A stretch of DNA of 64,000 nucleotides from an uncultured Fibrobacteria bacterium (lineage in GTDB: Bacteria > Fibrobacterota > Fibrobacteria > UBA11236): assembly GCA_963716395.1 (NCBI GenBank), contig OY970309.1:480001-544000 (forward strand), in the 5' to 3' direction. Positions 63,006 to 64,000 of the stretch are shown in pieces; within the stretch, counting starts at the first letter, position 1, and every line of letters starts with the position of its first letter. The translations under genes and the position numbers were made by a program. Under the pieces are notes generated by a model, which was not told the origin of the DNA, did no database searches, and worked only from the letters and a program-made list of their open reading frames with translations.

Positions 63006-64000
63006 ATGCGACACCTCACCTTGTTGGCCGCCCTTTCCCTCACCGCACTGGCGGGTGGCGCTTCCGCCCAGGAGCAGACCATTCACGTGGGCGGAACGGC
63101 CCGCACCTATATCCTGCACGTCCCCACGGGGCTTCCGGCCAACCCGCCTTTGATGTTTATGCTGTGCGGACATGGCATGACCGGGGCTCAGCAGGAGAGT
63201 TTAACGCAGATGGATCCGATTGCCGATCGGGAAAAATTCCTCGTTGCCTATCCGGACGCCGTCAACATGAATTGGGACCAGACCGGCACGACCGATATCG
63301 ACTTCATCCTTGCCCTACTCGACTCCATCAGCGCCCGGTACCATCCCGATTCGAACCGCGTCTACGTGACGGGCTTCTCCCAGGGAGCCGCCATGGTGCA
63401 TATCCTCGGCTGCGACGATGCCGATAAGTTCGCCGCCATCGCCCCGGTTTCGGGGAATATCCCCGACTCCTGTTCCCCGGCCCGAGCGTTGCCCATGTTC
63501 GTAACCTTCGGCACCAAGGATATTTTTCCGGCGAGTGTGTTCCTCGCCGGGGCGCAGTCCTGGGCCCAGCTCGACGGATGCCCCGCGACGCCCACGGTAA
63601 CGCGTCCGTACCCTGCCGACCACCCGAAGTCCGTGGTGACCCGCCTCGACTGGGGACCTTGCCGGAACGGCGCCGAGGTCATCGCGGATTCCATCCAAGG
63701 CGGGCCGCATGAATGGCCCATGGACTCGGTGACCAAGGTCAACAACAGCGAGGAGGTGTGGGCTTTCTTGAAGAAGTTCACCTTGTCCACGAGCACCGGG
63801 TTGTCACGCCCATCGTTTCCCATTCGCCGCTCCGTCCTATCAGCCTGGTACGCCGACGACGCGATTCATTTGCAAGGAGTGAATGAGAAGAGCCGCGTGC
63901 GGATCGTGGATGAACAGGGACGGCTGGTGGCGGAGGGTACCGCGATCAAAGGCCGCTTCCCGTTGGCCGGCAAGCCCGGCGGTGTGTACCAAGTTCTGGC
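63006..64000 (+). CDS. Partial secreted PHB-depolymerase/LpqC-like esterase with CTD-like tail; runs off the window edge
   Basis: Not in the ORF track. Manual translation MRHLTLLAALSLTALAGGASAQ...RTYILHVP...VAYPD...RVYVTGFSQGA...FAAIAPVSG...GTKD...GGPHEWP...EVWAFLKKF...IVDEQGRLV...GGVYQVL. Confidence 0.88.
   Translation, partial: MRHLTLLAALSLTALAGGASAQEQTIHVGGTARTYILHVPTGLPANPPLMFMLCGHGMTGAQQESLTQMDPIADREKFLVAYPDAVNMNWDQTGTTDIDFILALLDSISARYHPDSNRVYVTGFSQGAAMVHILGCDDADKFAAIAPVSGNIPDSCSPARALPMFVTFGTKDIFPASVFLAGAQSWAQLDGCPATPTVTRPYPADHPKSVVTRLDWGPCRNGAEVIADSIQGGPHEWPMDSVTKVNNSEEVWAFLKKFTLSTSTGLSRPSFPIRRSVLSAWYADDAIHLQGVNEKSRVRIVDEQGRLVAEGTAIKGRFPLAGKPGGVYQVL

Overview
64-kb window from a GC-rich bacterium that is most likely Fibrobacterota (fibro-slime/PA14 protein, many secreted enzymes with FPm-1/T9SS-CTD-like tails). 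It has five blocks. (1) 1-3.6 kb: secreted beta-propeller, Fpg-family glycosylase, SDR. (2) 3.7-12.9 kb: signalling operon with a poly-HAMP hybrid kinase, a REC-PAS kinase, two stand-alone receivers and a PAS protein followed by a decayed PAS remnant. (3) 13.4-23.8 kb: a divergent locus of five paralogous ~450-aa predicted outer-membrane beta-barrel proteins of a family I cannot name, with a secreted ThuA protein and a secreted DUF1080 protein. This is the best candidate for an undescribed system, possibly a SusCD-independent glycan uptake locus. (4) 24.0-40.4 kb: a ~150-nt rod-shaped candidate ncRNA, then holB, recJ, a kinase-like/DUF92 fusion, a UDG-fold protein, rmuC, recC (with a +1 frameshift), recB and recD. 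(5) 40.6-64 kb: hemicellulose/cell-envelope island (two GH30, three alpha/beta esterases, tandem SGNH, DUF1080, BNR-4, fibro-slime, lipoprotein, two orphan beta-barrels, SET exporter, PMI-like cupin). I saw no rRNA, tRNA, CRISPR array or mobile element. All family calls come from recognising motifs by eye; no database searches were run.
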